From Nymphaea colorata (Eukaryota), in the NCBI RefSeq assembly GCF_008831285.2, contig NC_045138.2, forward strand, positions 2,914,001 through 2,978,000: 64,000 bases of DNA, written 5' to 3'. Made by a program: the position numbers and the translations under genes. Below, piece by piece: positions 11,651-26,578 of the stretch (position 1 is its first letter; each line of letters begins with the position of its first letter). The notes beneath the pieces were generated by a model, which saw nothing but the letters and a program-made list of their open reading frames with translations, had not been told where the DNA came from and searched no databases.

Positions 11651-14600
11651 TCATTCCTGGACCAACACATGATTTATACAAACCAAGAGAGAGAGTTGAA
11701 CTAGACAAAATAAGCTTTAGAAAGCTAAAATTACGGAAAAATCAGGTAAATATCAAAAATTCCAACTCCACGCACCCAGTAGCAGAAAACAGAGTTTAAT
11801 AAAAAAAATTTAACATAATGAAGCACTATTCCAATCATAAAGTTCATAAGGCTAACCAAAACTTTCCTAAGATAAAAATGTGAAGAAAAAAGATCCCATA
11901 AACAACAGATTTCTTACTGGGTTGGAAAATATAACATGACACTACGGTTTCCCTACATCCTAAACCCATGAATGTGTATCGTACAAGAGAACCAGAGAGA
12001 GAGAGAGAGAGCGAGAGACACCACCTGGAACCACCTTCAACTCTTAATGTACTCCACCATCAGTAGTTCTAGTTCCTACCTCCAGAAACCTAAAATTAAT
12101 GAAAATAGATATGCACTATTAAACAAAACAGCATGACTTCAACTTGCAGACCCCTTAGATGGGATGATACTGTCATCATAAGCAATGTATAATATGCAAT
12201 TCAAAGACTAAATCATAATGCGACACAACCAACATACCCATGACCTTGATCAGAGTTCATTTATCAAAAGAATCGAGTAAATACATTGAAAAATGAAAAC
12301 CAAACAACTGAGCCAACAAAGCTCCTAAACAAACCCATTTCACAATGAAAGTGAAAAACAAACACGACAAGCATTATGCTGGAAAGCCACTAAAGCAGAC
12401 AGTAAAAGAAAAAAATTGAACTAGCATAAAATCAAACCAACAATGTGTCAACAAAACTAAAATGCTCTATCTAAACCAAAATGTGATCCTCCTGAAAACA
12501 AATCAACCCAATGACCTTGACCTATGGTGGACATGTACAATGTCTAACTAAAGCATCTATTCGACTAACAATGTTTATTCCACTAACAATTTTTATCCTA
12601 TAGGTGTGCCATCAGATAATATAAGTATGTCCTTTCACTATTAATTTCTGTCATGTTGTACTTTCTGCATTTTTCAGCTCCTTTTCCTAAAGTTTCAGCT
12701 TGCATTTTCTGTGATAACCATAAACATGGAAGGTAGCTACCATGTTGCAATAAAATGACAGCAAGTGAATGCCAATCCTTTAGAAACCTATAGCCGATAC
12801 CATCCAAGCAAGGACTACAAGATCACAACTAAGCTGGCAAAACTGAAACAACTTCAACATAACATAGCAATCCTTTTTAGGTATAATCTCAATACAGTTA
12901 CAAGGCAAACAAATAACAGTTAAATAAACCTAAATTAGGACAGAAAAATAAGAAATAACTGCTATCAATCTCAAGATCAAGAAGCAAAAATAAGCATCAT
13001 GTTTCAATAGAAAATGTACAATTTACTTAAGGAACTAAGATAACTAGGAAAGAAAACCTCCATACCAGGTGTCGCACACCTGCAAACTCATGAGTTCCTC
13101 AAGAACAAGGGTTAGAGCATTCAATTACAAGACGTACCAGTGGAAACATACATGCATCTTCTTCACGTCTACAAAAGTTGTTGATATGACCGTTGAAGCA
13201 CAAGAAGCAACAGCCTTTGACATACAGCCTGTAAAGGTAGAAAAAGAAAAATGTGCATGTGCATCATGAGGAAAGTGGGGGATCCAATCATCTCCCATGG
13301 TAAATAGGCCAAACAAAGTCAATTTTTCAAATTGTGCAACTCTTCTAGACTACTAATCATTGTGGAAAATAAATATATAAGCCCACAGTCACATGTAAAT
13401 TGGAAAATGGCAGGCTTCAAGAGGATTCAGATGGTTCTAGGACCCTGAGATTTATTTTGCAGGTGTCCACTTGGTAGGAGCACTAAAAGTGTAGTAGAAA
13501 CCATTCAATGTAATTGGGTAGATATATGAGAGAAACTTGAAAATTTCATGACTTTGTATATATACAGTGACTGCATGAGGGCATGGGATGAAATCACACA
13601 ACTAAACTCTAACATGTTTTTGTATATGTTGTAGTAAGTGAAGAAAATTATCAAAGGTTAGCACTTTGCATTCGGTTAGCTGCAAAGTAACTCAATGAAT
13701 AGAATATAAGAGATTACAAAGGACAATTATGTATAGAGTCAAAGATGTTGCATGACGTAAAAAATTAGCCAAGTAAGCCTAAATTCAATATAACAAATTT
13801 GCTCTTGATGCACCCATCAATTTAACTTCCCCTAACTGCGTCCTGATAGGCCAGTCAGGCATGTCTATGGAAACCATAACCTCATTTTCACTGGAAACAG
13901 AATAGTAGTTCTTGAAGACAATTTGTAGGAAATAAATATCTTAAAAACCAGTAAAAAACATGGAAAAATCAATAAGCTATACTAACATTCAATATGACTA
14001 TTATGCTTGCAACGAAGATGAGCATGCAAGACTCAAGTACACAAGGCAGAAAGGCAAAAATAACATGAAAAACAAATGTATAGAAACTAACCTTCTATAA
14101 AATTTGAAACCAAACTGATCAAAAGAACTATTAGATAATTCAACTTGGCAAAGTATACAGATCACTAAAAAATCTGAACCATCTTAAACTAAAAACCAAA
14201 CTATCAAAACCAGCAGCATCTTAAGAACATAAAATATATAGAAGTTCAGTGAACAAGTGATGAAAATATAATTATGATGCAGGGAATCTTAACTATCAAA
14301 CACAAAAAATGAGAAAACAAATCAGAAATTAACTAACTTGGTTAGTGCCTTTTAGAAAAACAATCAAGAAGCATATGCTCTAATTTCTGACAATCCTAGT
14401 GAAGACCAACAAACACATGAAATCAATACCAAGGTTTAACAACTCCAACATTCACAGTTCTTCAACCGTACCTCAGTTAGGACATGTGCAACTCAGATAC
14501 ATGGTTTTAAACAGAATCAAATGCTCAATGAAAAGAACACGACAGTTAACAATCAAACCAGAACTACTATAATTAAGATTCAAACAAGCATGGAACCACA

Positions 14601-15299
14601 ACACTATTTTAACCCATGTCCCTACCATGCTAGACTATACACAAAAAGTACTCTAGTCAACTTACGCACTACATAAAACTGACTCAAAATAAGCATGGCC
14701 ATAAATGAAATAATGAACATGGGTCTCAAAGTCTAAATACTCTAAACCAGGTTGACACTCAACAAGACCAAACCTCAACTAAAATGATCTAAAGAGAATT
14801 AGTATTCCCTCATATACTCACCAATCAGGAATATAGCAAAAGACGTCAAGTTTTGTTTGCAAAGAATTGAACTTTGAAATGGCTTGTTATTTTCAAATTT
14901 TTGCCCCTAAGCTTTTAGTGCATGTTGTGGGAAAAGACGCAACCTTCTTTTACCTGAAGCATTCGATGAAGTATTAGGATTGGGAATCACACCGATGCTA
15001 TCAAATCTCAAAAAGGGATTTCTTTCCATTTTCAAGGTGTGAGCATAAAGAAATTGTTCTCTGCTTCATAGGAAACCAAAGAAAAGGAGTAGATATTAAC
15101 CTCGAATCATTCATCCACAAAGGATCTGCAATCAATGCTAGAGACTTCAGCTTTCATGTCCTTCATCCCTTGGCAGACACTTTTTCTTTCTTGCTTTCCT
15201 TTGTCATTGATTTTCTTTTGTTTTTTCTTGCTTTTTTTTTTTTTGCTTGGCTTCTTTGTCATTTAGATTTTTTTTTTTGGGCCGACCTTTACCTTTGAG

Positions 15300-16080
15300 G
15301 GAAATACCTCACCACCCCAAAGGCTACTACAGAACGCCATCTCTTTGATGGTTTTGTGTAGCTTTGTCACGTGTCATACTCACTTCAACCTATGAGTTTT
15401 AACGAGACAAAATGTTCATAGGTTGTTATCATCGTGGAATATACATAAATCACCTTTATGCATACCCAGTACTCTCGATTACTAACCCAGCGAAACAACT
15501 ACACTCGCCCTGAGCCCATCTCTCAACACTCATTTTGCTACTTGCCAAGGTTTCAAAGAACCCTCGGGCTTCCACCTCTTCGCACTTTCATGTTTGATTT
15601 TTGCATATGTTTGATTGCAAAGGCGAATAACATTTCCTAATCCTTGAGCTCCTCGACATCACTGAACCCATCTTCATAGCTCATACAAAGAATCTTTGAA
15701 TCTTTCTAGTCTTCTCCTTCAATTGACTGATAGCAACGGCTTGAAACCTCCTCCTTGACCCTCAAAGGAATACCTAAGACAAATCGAAAGTACATAGTAG
15801 CAGCAAAATTCCTTTTCAAAAATAGTTGATTTATTAAAACTTCTTAACGTCAAGTGATATATTACCTAGATTGTGTTCCATTTTCCTTTGGGAAGAGTAC
15901 GTTTATAAAACCAAGTGACCTATGGTTGGAAGAAGAGAAATGACTAGGATGGTTTTTGCAAACTAAACATCACAAGAAAGCTTCCAAAGGGACTCCTCCT
16001 TTGTCATGGTGAGGGATTGGAATCACGGGGATGAACCAAAATCTTATGTGCCTGAAAGTGACAAAACGTAAATAGGAACT
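15300..16080 (-). mobile_element. Possible decayed LINE 3' remnant
   Basis: Weak zf-RVT and C-terminal-like fragments on the minus strand, with many stops. Confidence 0.25.
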
Positions 16081-17559
16081 AAAGATGTTGGACCACTCAA
16101 CTGCAAAAGGGTAGGTTAAAAAACGGTAAAAATCTTGTTTGTTTAAGAAGTCTATGCACACGTTTTTTTGTTGAAAGTTGAAACCATCATGTGGTTGAGT
16201 GCTAACAATCAGTTTAGAAAACAAAAACTGTTCGTTATTTTCTGCTTAAATGGGTGTTTCTTCCTGCAGTATTGGATGCAGCATCAAGTGGCACCCATGA
16301 AATCTGTAGATGATGGGATGCAGTATCAAGTGGCCATGAAAGCTGTAGCTGATGTTCCAAACTTTTGGATGACGCAATAGCATCTAGTTAGCTTCCCTTT
16401 GCTGTGGTATGAATTTTCTGTCCACTGCTCGAGCATTCCTCGGGCCTGTGCTCTCTGGTTTGATTATCTTGTTGCTTGTTCAAGCGAAAGAAACATCCTA
16501 CAGTGCAGTTTAAGTGGACGAGATCATATTAATGGTCTTCGCCTTGCCAGGATTGCAGAGTTATGGTTTAACAAGGAGTATAGTATGTAGTTAACTATAG
16601 TAAAATAGTTCTATTATTACGTGGGTTGCTGGACTCCTGAATCTTGAAAGTTCTGCCCATGTCATGCTTTTAGTACTTGTAATTGAAAGCCGGCTTGGTT
16701 TTAATTGTGAATAGGTAGAAGAAACACCGCACCGCAAAATACAACATTTTTTTCTCGTTGGATGAATACAAGCCATGCAGCTGTAGAGGGTGAGAGAGAG
16801 AAAGGGAGAGAGAGATTTCATTTGAGATGAAATAATGCTGCTATGCTCTTTATCAAATGGAGGGGCTATCCGCTTGAATGCTAAAACGTGTGGGGCCTGC
16901 AGAATATTTTTCTGTTACTCAGACATGATGAAAATCTTGAGATAAGTTCTCTTGTTAGATAGACAGTTTTTTCTTCTTTAGAAAGGACTTTTTATATCTC
17001 TTTAAAGAACATAGAAAAGACTAACTCATGGAGCCAGAGATCTGAGTGGGCACTGGGTACTCATGTCTTAATGATATGGGCATTAAAGTAGGTGTTTTTA
17101 AAGCCAATATAAGATAGCACGTCATGCATATGCACATGCATGTGTATGTGCATATGCTTATGTGGATTGAGTCACTATTCATGATAGCGACAACAAAAAA
17201 AGAAAAAAAAAAAACGAATGATTAATAAAATGACAACGATATTGGGTTGAATGGTATTTATCTAACTTTCCGGACAATTGGTGTGAAGGCCTCTTCATTC
17301 CTTCTGCTTCTGGGGTCATGGGCTGCATTATCATCAATGATGGCAGCGGCACACTCTTCAAGTTAGGTTTTGCGCTTCACCACTCAACCACTTCAAATTA
17401 GGCACTGCCCTGCGCTTTTAAGTCCAGAAATCGCACCTACATCTTTGAACCCACGGTTTAAATTAAATCGTCATTTTTGAAGGAACAAAAAATTCCCCAT
17501 AGTTTTACGTTTAACCTTACGGTTCATAGTTTATAGCCATAGTACCTCACTTACAGTTC

Positions 17560-18750
17560 ATGAAGGCGCAGGGATGTGAACACGCTTTTCTCCACTCCAC
17601 CATCTTAGAATATGACAAACAGCTTCCATCGACTCTCTAGAGAATATTGTCACAGCTATATCTATGACACTGCAATAGAATCCTGGTGATTCAAAGAATT
17701 ATACCTAGTTTTTATATTAGTATTCCAAGTCCATATTATCTCTGAGAAAAACCAACAATTTTTTCAATGTAGATCGTTGAGAAGGCATTCATTCTAGAAA
17801 TAACAACCAAGAAGGGCCTCTGCTTTCATGGCACCATCCTCGATCATTAGCAACTTGTCTAGTTATGAGACTGCAGCAGCAGGAAGCTCTGTCTCAGAAG
17901 GGAGAAGCCACTGTTGGCGTGAGAGAACTGATTGCATTTCTTTCATCTGTCATACTTATGCTTGCCTCCTGCACAGTGCAAAAGAAACTACTGCAAGAAG
18001 AAGTTGATCATGCATGATGAAATGAATTTCTTGAAAAGTGGCAAGAAATACATGTGATTCAAGCCTCAGAGAACGGGAGGTGAAGAGATGGCAACACCAG
18101 CTATATTAATGCCCTTCATGCCAAACTCAGCAACTCTGCCATATGCCAATCCATCTTGAGACTGTCATAAGAAATCCATATCATATTCCATCTTCCTCCA
18201 AGGTTAGAAACTAAAATGACTCTAACAACCCCTTCCCTGTCCTCTAAACGACCTGTCAAGACTTCAAAAGGCTTTCTTACGCTCTCAAGCAAACTGTGTG
18301 GTGTTCTTCCGAACAATTTCCACTTTCTCCCATCCAGGTTTAATCCCCAAATCTCAATTTCTTTTATAACTCTTGATCTACCATCAATTGAAGCCCATGA
18401 ATATTGTATTTCATTTGGAATAAGATAAATCAAGCCAGTTCTAAAGTAATGAGAAGAACTGGCCCTTACCTATTTGAAAAGAGAAAACAAATCACTTTGA
18501 AGCATATCTTGAAGCCTACATTTTTCAAATGGAAAAAAATACCATTCTGAAGTTATTTCTTTGGAATAACAAAAGAAAATAATTTCCTTTTAAAAGAACA
18601 CAAATTTTTTTGGTAAGTTTCCCATCGAAATATTTTTCTCAACTTTTATATGGATAAAAGCTTTTGCCACCATTGCAGCGGCCCTCAGTCTCACATGAAA
18701 ATTTGAAAAAAGAAAATTGGACATTTCTTCGTTGGAGAATAGTTGGCTCT
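17560..18750 (-). mobile_element. Decayed L1-type LINE ORF2 C-terminal (zf-RVT) remnant
   Basis: Minus-strand fragments FQIGKGQ..NWLD, WNMIW, KGINIAGV..GLNHMYF and *KKCNQF occur in the order expected for plant L1 zf-RVT. Confidence 0.5.
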
Positions 18751-18944
18751 TCTAGGCGTTTAAATATACACAGGGTGCCACCAGTACCATTGACCCAAAT
18801 GGTACTGACCCAAACAGTAAACTGGACCAGTCTGGGCTTGCTGTTTGAGATGCATTATCACTAGGTGTGACGTGACTGTGCCCATATGAGGGCCATGTGC
18901 GTTGCCAGTATAAGTTTGTTGGTTACGGTTTCCTAGCAGGCAAA

Positions 18945-18946
<2 letters not shown>

Positions 18947-19016
<70 letters not shown>
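18947..19016. repeat. (AT)n(AG)n microsatellite
   Basis: Seen directly in the sequence. Confidence 0.98.
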
Positions 19017-19018
<2 letters not shown>

Positions 19019-19957
19019 TCTGAGGGGTTGAAGTGGACTTATGAACATCCTTTAAGGGAGTTGTCATGCTTGCCGCATAGAAAGTAATGACAGGATTTGC
19101 ACATCTTTTTTCGCATCTCCAATAAATGATACATAGAGAAATACAAGCATTTTTTTACATATATCTATAAGTGGATTTCCCTCAACACAACAATTAAGCT
19201 AAGGAATTATCTATTTTTCACAAATATACTTACTTTTCTTGCACAGCTTTCTAGCACTAATAAAAATTCAGAGAAGCATTTCCAATTTTGGTATTAACAA
19301 AACTAAGCTAATTCAAATAAAATCAAGCTGCCCTAACAACTTTGACTTAAAGAGGTCAAGAGTTAGACTCCCGACATGCAAAATTTAGTCAATTTAATTA
19401 ATGAGTGTCTACCTAAACCTCAATAGAAGACTTAAAAAAAAAATAGAGAAAACAATAAAAAGGCATAGGATTAGGAACCTCTCATATGCTTCATCATGGG
19501 AAATATAAAAGAAATGAATTGGTGCCCAAAATCCACCATGAATCTCTCTCAAGAACACACGGAACGTCATTTGGGTAGCGTTCAGAGGAATGACGATCGA
19601 TATTCCCGTTTATGAGTATCATGAAAGAGCAGTCCAATGTCGATCGTCGCGTTTGAAGCACAAAATTCTACATGTTTACTTGTTTGACTGCCAAAAGGAT
19701 GATCTTAAATCCAGCGGGATGAATTTTTAATTGTTGTTATTATATTGTTAATTATTGTTGTTTTCTTGGCGACAGGTTTTTGGTCAGCTCAGCTGTTGCT
19801 AGATGAGTGAGGAAACAAGCTCACGTGAATTTATGATTTTTCTTTTTTTTTTTCCGGAATTTCTTTGGTTTCATTGAATTTTGTGTGTCCTTGACCGACC
19901 TTATCCTATTTGTTTGTCAAAAAGATAGCGACAACATAATACATACTCAATTCAAAA

Positions 19958-19959
<2 letters not shown>

Positions 19960-20055
<96 letters not shown>
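19960..20055. repeat. (AT)n(AG)n microsatellite
   Basis: Seen directly in the sequence. Confidence 0.98.
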
Positions 20056-20244
20056 TGAATGACTGGCTATTCAAAGTCATTCAACCAATTTGAAACATAT
20101 AGATATTTAAAAAAAATAAAAAAGAAAAAGTCTAAAATATATTAAATGACAAAAATATCCATAATTTTTTTCTTTGATTTACTGTTTATCGTTTATATCG
20201 ATGACCCTAATTAAATGGCTAGATGACTCTAAAAAACCAGAGTT

Positions 20245-20383
<139 letters not shown>

Positions 20384-20598
20384 AGATTGATAGGTACTTG
20401 ACACTTAGATGCATGACCTATAAGGCATCATATTGGTTATTTATTTTTTCAAGATGGAAGACTCGCAGAAAATCAAAGAAAAAAATTGTTAGTTAATGTT
20501 ATATGACTAAAATAAATATTCTTTCTCATTAATTTTTTTTTTTAACCTTTCACCCTGAAAAGATCGACTGTTAAGATAATTAGTTATAAACCAATTTC

Positions 20599-20601
<3 letters not shown>

Positions 20602-20655
<54 letters not shown>

Positions 20656-20664
20656 CTGTGTGTG
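20602..20664. repeat. (AT)n(GT)n microsatellite
   Basis: Seen directly in the sequence. Confidence 0.95.
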
Positions 20665-21159
20665 AAGTCTGTCACCAAAAACATTATAAACTTGCTAATG
20701 TTGCCCCTATAATAATGGTATTTAATCTACTGTTTTTTAATTTTTACTCATTTGATAGCATCTGGCATCTAGCATATTTAATATATATGATATTTTGTAT
20801 GTGTGCATCATAACGTTTAAGTTGTTTTTCACAAACATAATTATATAAATAAGTAAAAGACATTAAATATATTATTAAAAAGTTAAAATTCTGACGTATG
20901 AATCAAATTATACGAGTTGGGAATCTTAAATCAATATTTTTAAAAAAAAATTATAAAATCTAATGTATATATTGATCGGAGGATTTTCTTGGATTAATAT
21001 TTTTTTTTTTTTAAGGTGCTATTGTGATGGTACTAAGGGGTATTGAGTTAGGTTGAGCCTTTGAGAGTTACTAGTTGGTAGCTAATGTGGTAAAGTTTTT
21101 ACCCTTTTTTTTCTCTCTCTCTCTCTTTCTTACCTAATGGTCTTGGTTTGTTTGTCGTG

Positions 21160-21270
21160 ATAGGTTTGGGAAGAGCGCAACAACCGAATGTTCAAAAACT
21201 CGACAACGAGTGTTACTTCTATCAGATGCATTGTGAAGGCAGATGTCCACTTCATGCTTTGCATTGGCCG
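21160..21270 (+). mobile_element. Short LINE ORF2 3'-end remnant
   Basis: Reads VWEERNNRMF, matching the IWxERNxRxF motif of plant L1 C-termini. Confidence 0.5.
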
Positions 21271-22387
21271 CATGATGTCTTCTTCTTTTGATTATTTCTT
21301 TCTCTTTCCTCCTCCTCTTGCTTTTGTCCTTGTTATGGTTACTGTTCTTTATAATTTTTTTGTCCTTGCTTTGTTTGCTAATTTTTTCTTACGTCCCTTT
21401 TATTTTCCTTTATGCTTTGGTTGATTGGTGATGTGACAGAGGCAGACGCAAAAATTTTTCATGAAGAAGGCCAAATTAAAGCTTTAAAATTTTGAAATGG
21501 TTTGAAATATCGTTTTTCAAAATTTTTATACAAAACAAGTGAAATCTTCTATGTAAATTAAAAAAATTATAAGGTGGGGTTACGGCCCATGCAAGCCCCT
21601 TTGGCTCGAACCTTGATGCCTAGTCTCCAAAGTTTTGTCGTTAGTAAATTTCTTTGTCAGTTCTTTCTTTCTCTCTCTAGCTATTTTGAGCACCATAATG
21701 AAGATTAAGCATTATAATTGAGATCGTTGTCGTAAATTAAATGCATCACGTTGTTATCAATTTGAAGATAACATAAAAAAAGATGATTAAAACTGTAGAG
21801 CAGCTAAGAGATTGCGATTAATCTATTTGATCTTCTTTTGTCTTGAGCTAATTAATTATGTATTATTTCCTAAGTTGATTATCATTTATACTAAAAACAT
21901 TTGGATTTTTTTCGGGAATATCATGAAAGTTGAAAAAACTGTCATTCAAACACATTTTTAATTTCTGAGCCTAGAATCCGCGGGCGCCAATGGTAAAAAA
22001 AACCAACATAAATTAATGTGATGTGTAGGATTTATTGAATAAAAATAAGTTTTAAAATAATATAAAAAATCACGTCAGCACTTCAGTGTTCAAAGTAGCA
22101 ACTGGATTTGAATAGGATCCGTGTAGAACTAATACAAAAGTTTAATTTCTCTTTAGGTTTGGGTGGTTGAGTTTCACAACGAAAACACTAGGGATGTCGA
22201 TGGTGCAAACATAATCTACTGTTTGATTCATTTTCAGATTCGACTACTAAGCTTTTGTAAGAAAATTTTAGATTGGTTTAGTAAATTGGATATGGATTTG
22301 TTGTATGATTTTCTTTTCAATTTGGACTGGATATCCAATTTCAATGAAGAGCTCCAGGTCTTTTTTTTTTTTTGGAATGATAAATTG

Positions 22388-22853
22388 TAAGCCGATTCGA
22401 TAAAAAGTTGTGCTCGGGCCAGCCCGATACATAAAAAAATTAGTTAGAAGGATACTTGTTTAAACAAACTCAAATCTGATGGAGCACTTATTTATATATA
22501 TATATATTTAAGATTTTTATTTAAATGTAGCTACGCCATTTTGGCCCAACACCTAAAACATAGGCTCGAGCCTGGCTTGACACCTGAAATCTGGGCCCAA
22601 GTTTGAGCCCGAGTCGAGCCCGATCAATTTAAATTATAAAATATAAATTTTAATATAAAATAATATATAAATATTAAAAATCTAATAAAATATAATAATT
22701 AAAAATTAAAAATAATAAAATATATATTAAAAATTATTATCGGGTGAACTTATTGGGCCCATTTGACCAGTTGGAGCCTTCTGGTGCCTTGGGCTCAAAC
22801 GAACCCGAGTTAGGAGAGTATCAGTACCCACGACCCACGAGGTCCCAGTCTTA
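22388..22853. mobile_element. hAT-type MITE
   Basis: 8-bp TSD ATAAATTG/ATCAATTG, TAAG...CTTA ends, GGGCC/CCCG subterminal repeats around an AT-rich core. Confidence 0.7.
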
Positions 22854-23528
22854 ATCAATTGTGAACCTCCTACTCAATAAAAAATAAAAAACATATGTTG
22901 TTAAATTATAGAATCCAAATTTCTATAGGATTTCCAGCCAACCGTTTTGAGGCAGCTGCCATCATGGCTGGGTAAGCATAAGATGAGCTGCAAATAGGTC
23001 ACATCTGGTTTGAGCGTCTTGTCATTTTCAATCACTAAGCATTTAGCTGTCGTCGATTCAACCCATATAAAACTTTATCTGATTTTATATTCATGCACTT
23101 TAACACAGACAAGATGGTCACTAACTCTCTAGTTTTAGATAATGTATTCTCATGTTTTAGATAACAGAGAAAGAGATTAACATTCAAACTGTGACACATT
23201 TAGGAGATTGCAGTCGTCTTATTTTATTTAACTTTCCCTTTGGTGGTATGAATTATCAAATCCATTTTGTCTTAAGCTAATTAATTCCACATTATAATTT
23301 AGTTAGTTGGTTAAGGTTCATAATAAAAAAATTGGATCTTTTCTTATGAAAGTATCATGGAAGATGCATCTAGAACTAAATCTGAGAAAGTCTTTGAAGA
23401 TGTTTAAATTCAGAAAACAAGGGTTCTGTTGAAGTCAATGGCATCGAAGGAAGAACTAGATGTGGTATGCTAAATCCTTTGTAGGACGGCAGACCGCTCG
23501 TCATGTGTGTGTGGATATCAAGTGGAGC

Positions 23529-23826
23529 TAAGCCTGGGCGTTGGATCGTGTACCCAGTACTTGGCTCGACTTGGGCTCGAAAAAAAGGCATCGGATTGAC
23601 CCCATAATTTAGTGGACTAGCCCGGGTAGGCCAGACTAAGCCCGGTTCGACCCGATAAGATTTTTTTTTAATATTTAATTTTATTGATTTTTATATATTA
23701 TAATATTTTATTACGATTAATTATTTATATATATTATTTTATATTAATATACATATTTTTTAGTTTTAATCGGGCCAGGATCAGGCTCGAGTTTTAAGTG
23801 CCGGGTCGGCCCAATAAGCAGGCTTA
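23529..23826. mobile_element. hAT-type MITE (same family)
   Basis: TIR TAAGCCTG/CAGGCTTA and 8-bp TSD AGTGGAGC/GGTGGAGC. Confidence 0.8.
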
Positions 23827-24296
23827 GGTGGAGCCAGTAATTTTTCGTTGCACAGATCAAGCTATAGTTTCACAATTTTAATAGGAGCTGTAATAAAAAC
23901 TTTCAGAATTTTTATATATGCTAAACTAAAATTTTTAAAATTTACATATAAATTTTTCCTTGTGCAAAGTGGTTGTTGTCATTAGTATTCAGTTGAGCTC
24001 TGTTGCTTAGATAAAGACAGAAGAGGTTAATTGCAACAAAACTTGTGATCACATTCACTGTTTCACTCACACATTGGTTATATTGCTTGGATGTACAATG
24101 AATCCAACCAATTTGAACTCGACTTGACTCGTGTCTTCTCTGTTTGTTAATCTTTGTATGCTGATAAATTCTTTTTTATGAATTTTTAACACTCTTTCCA
24201 TGGTTTCATTTTCATTAAAAAAAAAAGAATCAAGTAACACATGCTTAAATGAATTGAGCCAAACAATACATAACCCAACCAAACTCGAGTTGAACT

Positions 24297-24420
24297 TAAG
24301 GCTGGGTGTCAAAACAGGTACCTAGCCTGACTCGGGCCCGAAAAAAGCCATCGGGGCCAGCTCGGGTGGGCCTGTCTAAGCTTTGTTTGACTCGATAAGA
24401 TTTTTTAATATTAATTTCAT

Positions 24421-24478
<58 letters not shown>

Positions 24479-24698
24479 TTATTACAATTATTTATATTTA
24501 TATAATATTTTACATAAAAAACAAATTTTTAATTTTATCGGGCAGAGCTGAACTGGGTTCGAGCTTGGGTTTTGGGTGTTGGGCCAAGCCCGAGGCCGGG
24601 TTTCGGGTGTTAGGCCAGGTCCAGGCCTGGGTTTTGGGTATCAGATGGACCCCAGCCCGACTCCTTATCGAGCCGGGCCGAACCGATTCCCAGGTCTA
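24297..24698. mobile_element. hAT-type MITE (same family)
   Basis: Ends TAAGGCTGGG/CCCAGGTCTA, TSD GTTGAACT/ACTGAACT, internal (AT)n. Similar to 23529-23826. Confidence 0.7.
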
Positions 24699-26578
24699 AC
24701 TGAACTCCAGCCGAGATCCGCTCACTCGTAACTTCCTGCATAATCTGCCATTCACTTGACTCCTATAAAAGAAAACAAATAAGTGTACCAGAATATTTAT
24801 GCACTAAATTTCCCACTAGTTAACAGTTAAAGACGATTATTTAGAGTGTAGTTAGGATATGGACAAGATCCACAAGCATCCGGTGAAGTTTAAGTGCAGC
24901 ACGAGGAGTATGGTGTGAGGGCATCAAATGGTTTGGATTTTTCCTCCAACGAGTGACCTGAATCTTTATATTGGGGTATCGCTAGGGATGTCCACCCTAA
25001 GATACAATCTAACGTTTTGATTCATATGCAGATTTGACTGGTTGGATTTCATAAGAAAATCCAAGGAAAACTGGATGGAGGTTTGTTATTGTATTTCATA
25101 CCCAATTTCGGTGGACACCTGAATCAGATTACATGGAAAAATTTGGATAATTAGTATTTGTATACCTAAATCTGAATACGACTCTGATACTAATAAACAA
25201 TACCAAATCAATTATGCTCATGTTATCTCTGATCCAAATATAATTAGTTAATGTCCCTAAGCAGTGATTCTATTTCTTTCTATCAGAAATTTTCTAACTT
25301 TTATTGTCAAAAATAAAAAAAATATTTGAATACAGCAAAGTCTGCCACGGTCCATTGCCGTGGCGAACAAGCAAGTGGCCCCCACCATTTGAGAGATAAA
25401 AGGGTGCGAAGTTTTTCAACAGATATTCACTCACGTGCATGTTTGAGCCTCGAGAGAGAGAGAGAGAGAGAATCAATCCATCGTTGATCGAGAGAAAGAG
25501 AGGGAGAGAAGGAGGGCTCTGTTAGACCCAGGGAATTTGCGGACTTCATTTTCACACTTCTTCTCTTCTCTTCTATTTTGCTGTTTGCAACTCTCGATTG
25601 CAGGTTTCTTCTTCTCGAGTTCTCATTTCTTCTTCGACCACAAAGGGAACTCCACAGGCGAGGGATGAAGATATATTGGTTCCATCCAATGAGCTAAAGG
25701 TTGAACATAAGGTCTATGATGGAGTTGATATCTGAATGCAAGTGAAACTTTTGGGGATAATACAGATAAGACTGTCCATGGCGTCATGTTAACAAGGTAA
25801 GCTGAAACTTGAATATAGTGTAGGAGGCTTTGGTACAATGCCTAAAGAGTAGTTATCACAAATTATATAATGTATTCATTTGCTGGCCTTTAGTTACTCC
25901 TTTTGGTTATCTTTATGGCAGCTAGATTTTTTACTAGAATGTAATAAACTACTTTTTTAGTAGTCTAGTCACTAATCTAGGGTTACAACTACCGCTGCAA
26001 CAGACATGCTTAAATTATTTAAGATGATGCCTTGCTCCTGTTCACCAGTATCCATCTAATTATTTACAATTTTATGTTCATGGTGCTGTCTAATGCAAAT
26101 TCCTCACCCCTTGTAAATTATCACATATCTTAAAGTTTTCTCTGATCGTGTATTTCTAAGTATATTGTTATTCAAAATGAACTGTCACATCCACAATATC
26201 CTAAAATATAATCAAATGGCATCTTTTGTGGATACAATTATCTTTCAAAATCTCACATTTTCCCATAAATGATACGTCATTTGAGGCAATATTTTCTCTT
26301 TGGCTTAATATAATTTTATTGAAAAATACAACCTAAAAAAGAAAAGCATCTTCACCCCTAGGTGTAGTGAAAGAGATCGCAAAGATATATAGAGGCTCGA
26401 ATAATAGCTTTGACCAATCCAGGAACAGAGAGAGAGAGAGAGAGATACCTCATACTATTTTCTATAGTTTCTCTTCTTCTTCTTTTATATAAATGCTTCT
26501 TCTATTGTTCTTTCATGCCTCTCTTCTTCAAAACTCATTCATTATCAACTCTCTTTCATCTTGTTTTTTTTTCCTTTA

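Noticed and set aside
19320..19390. B-box-like GAGTTAGACTCC suggesting a tRNA or SINE
   Set aside because: No cloverleaf, clear A box or TSD.
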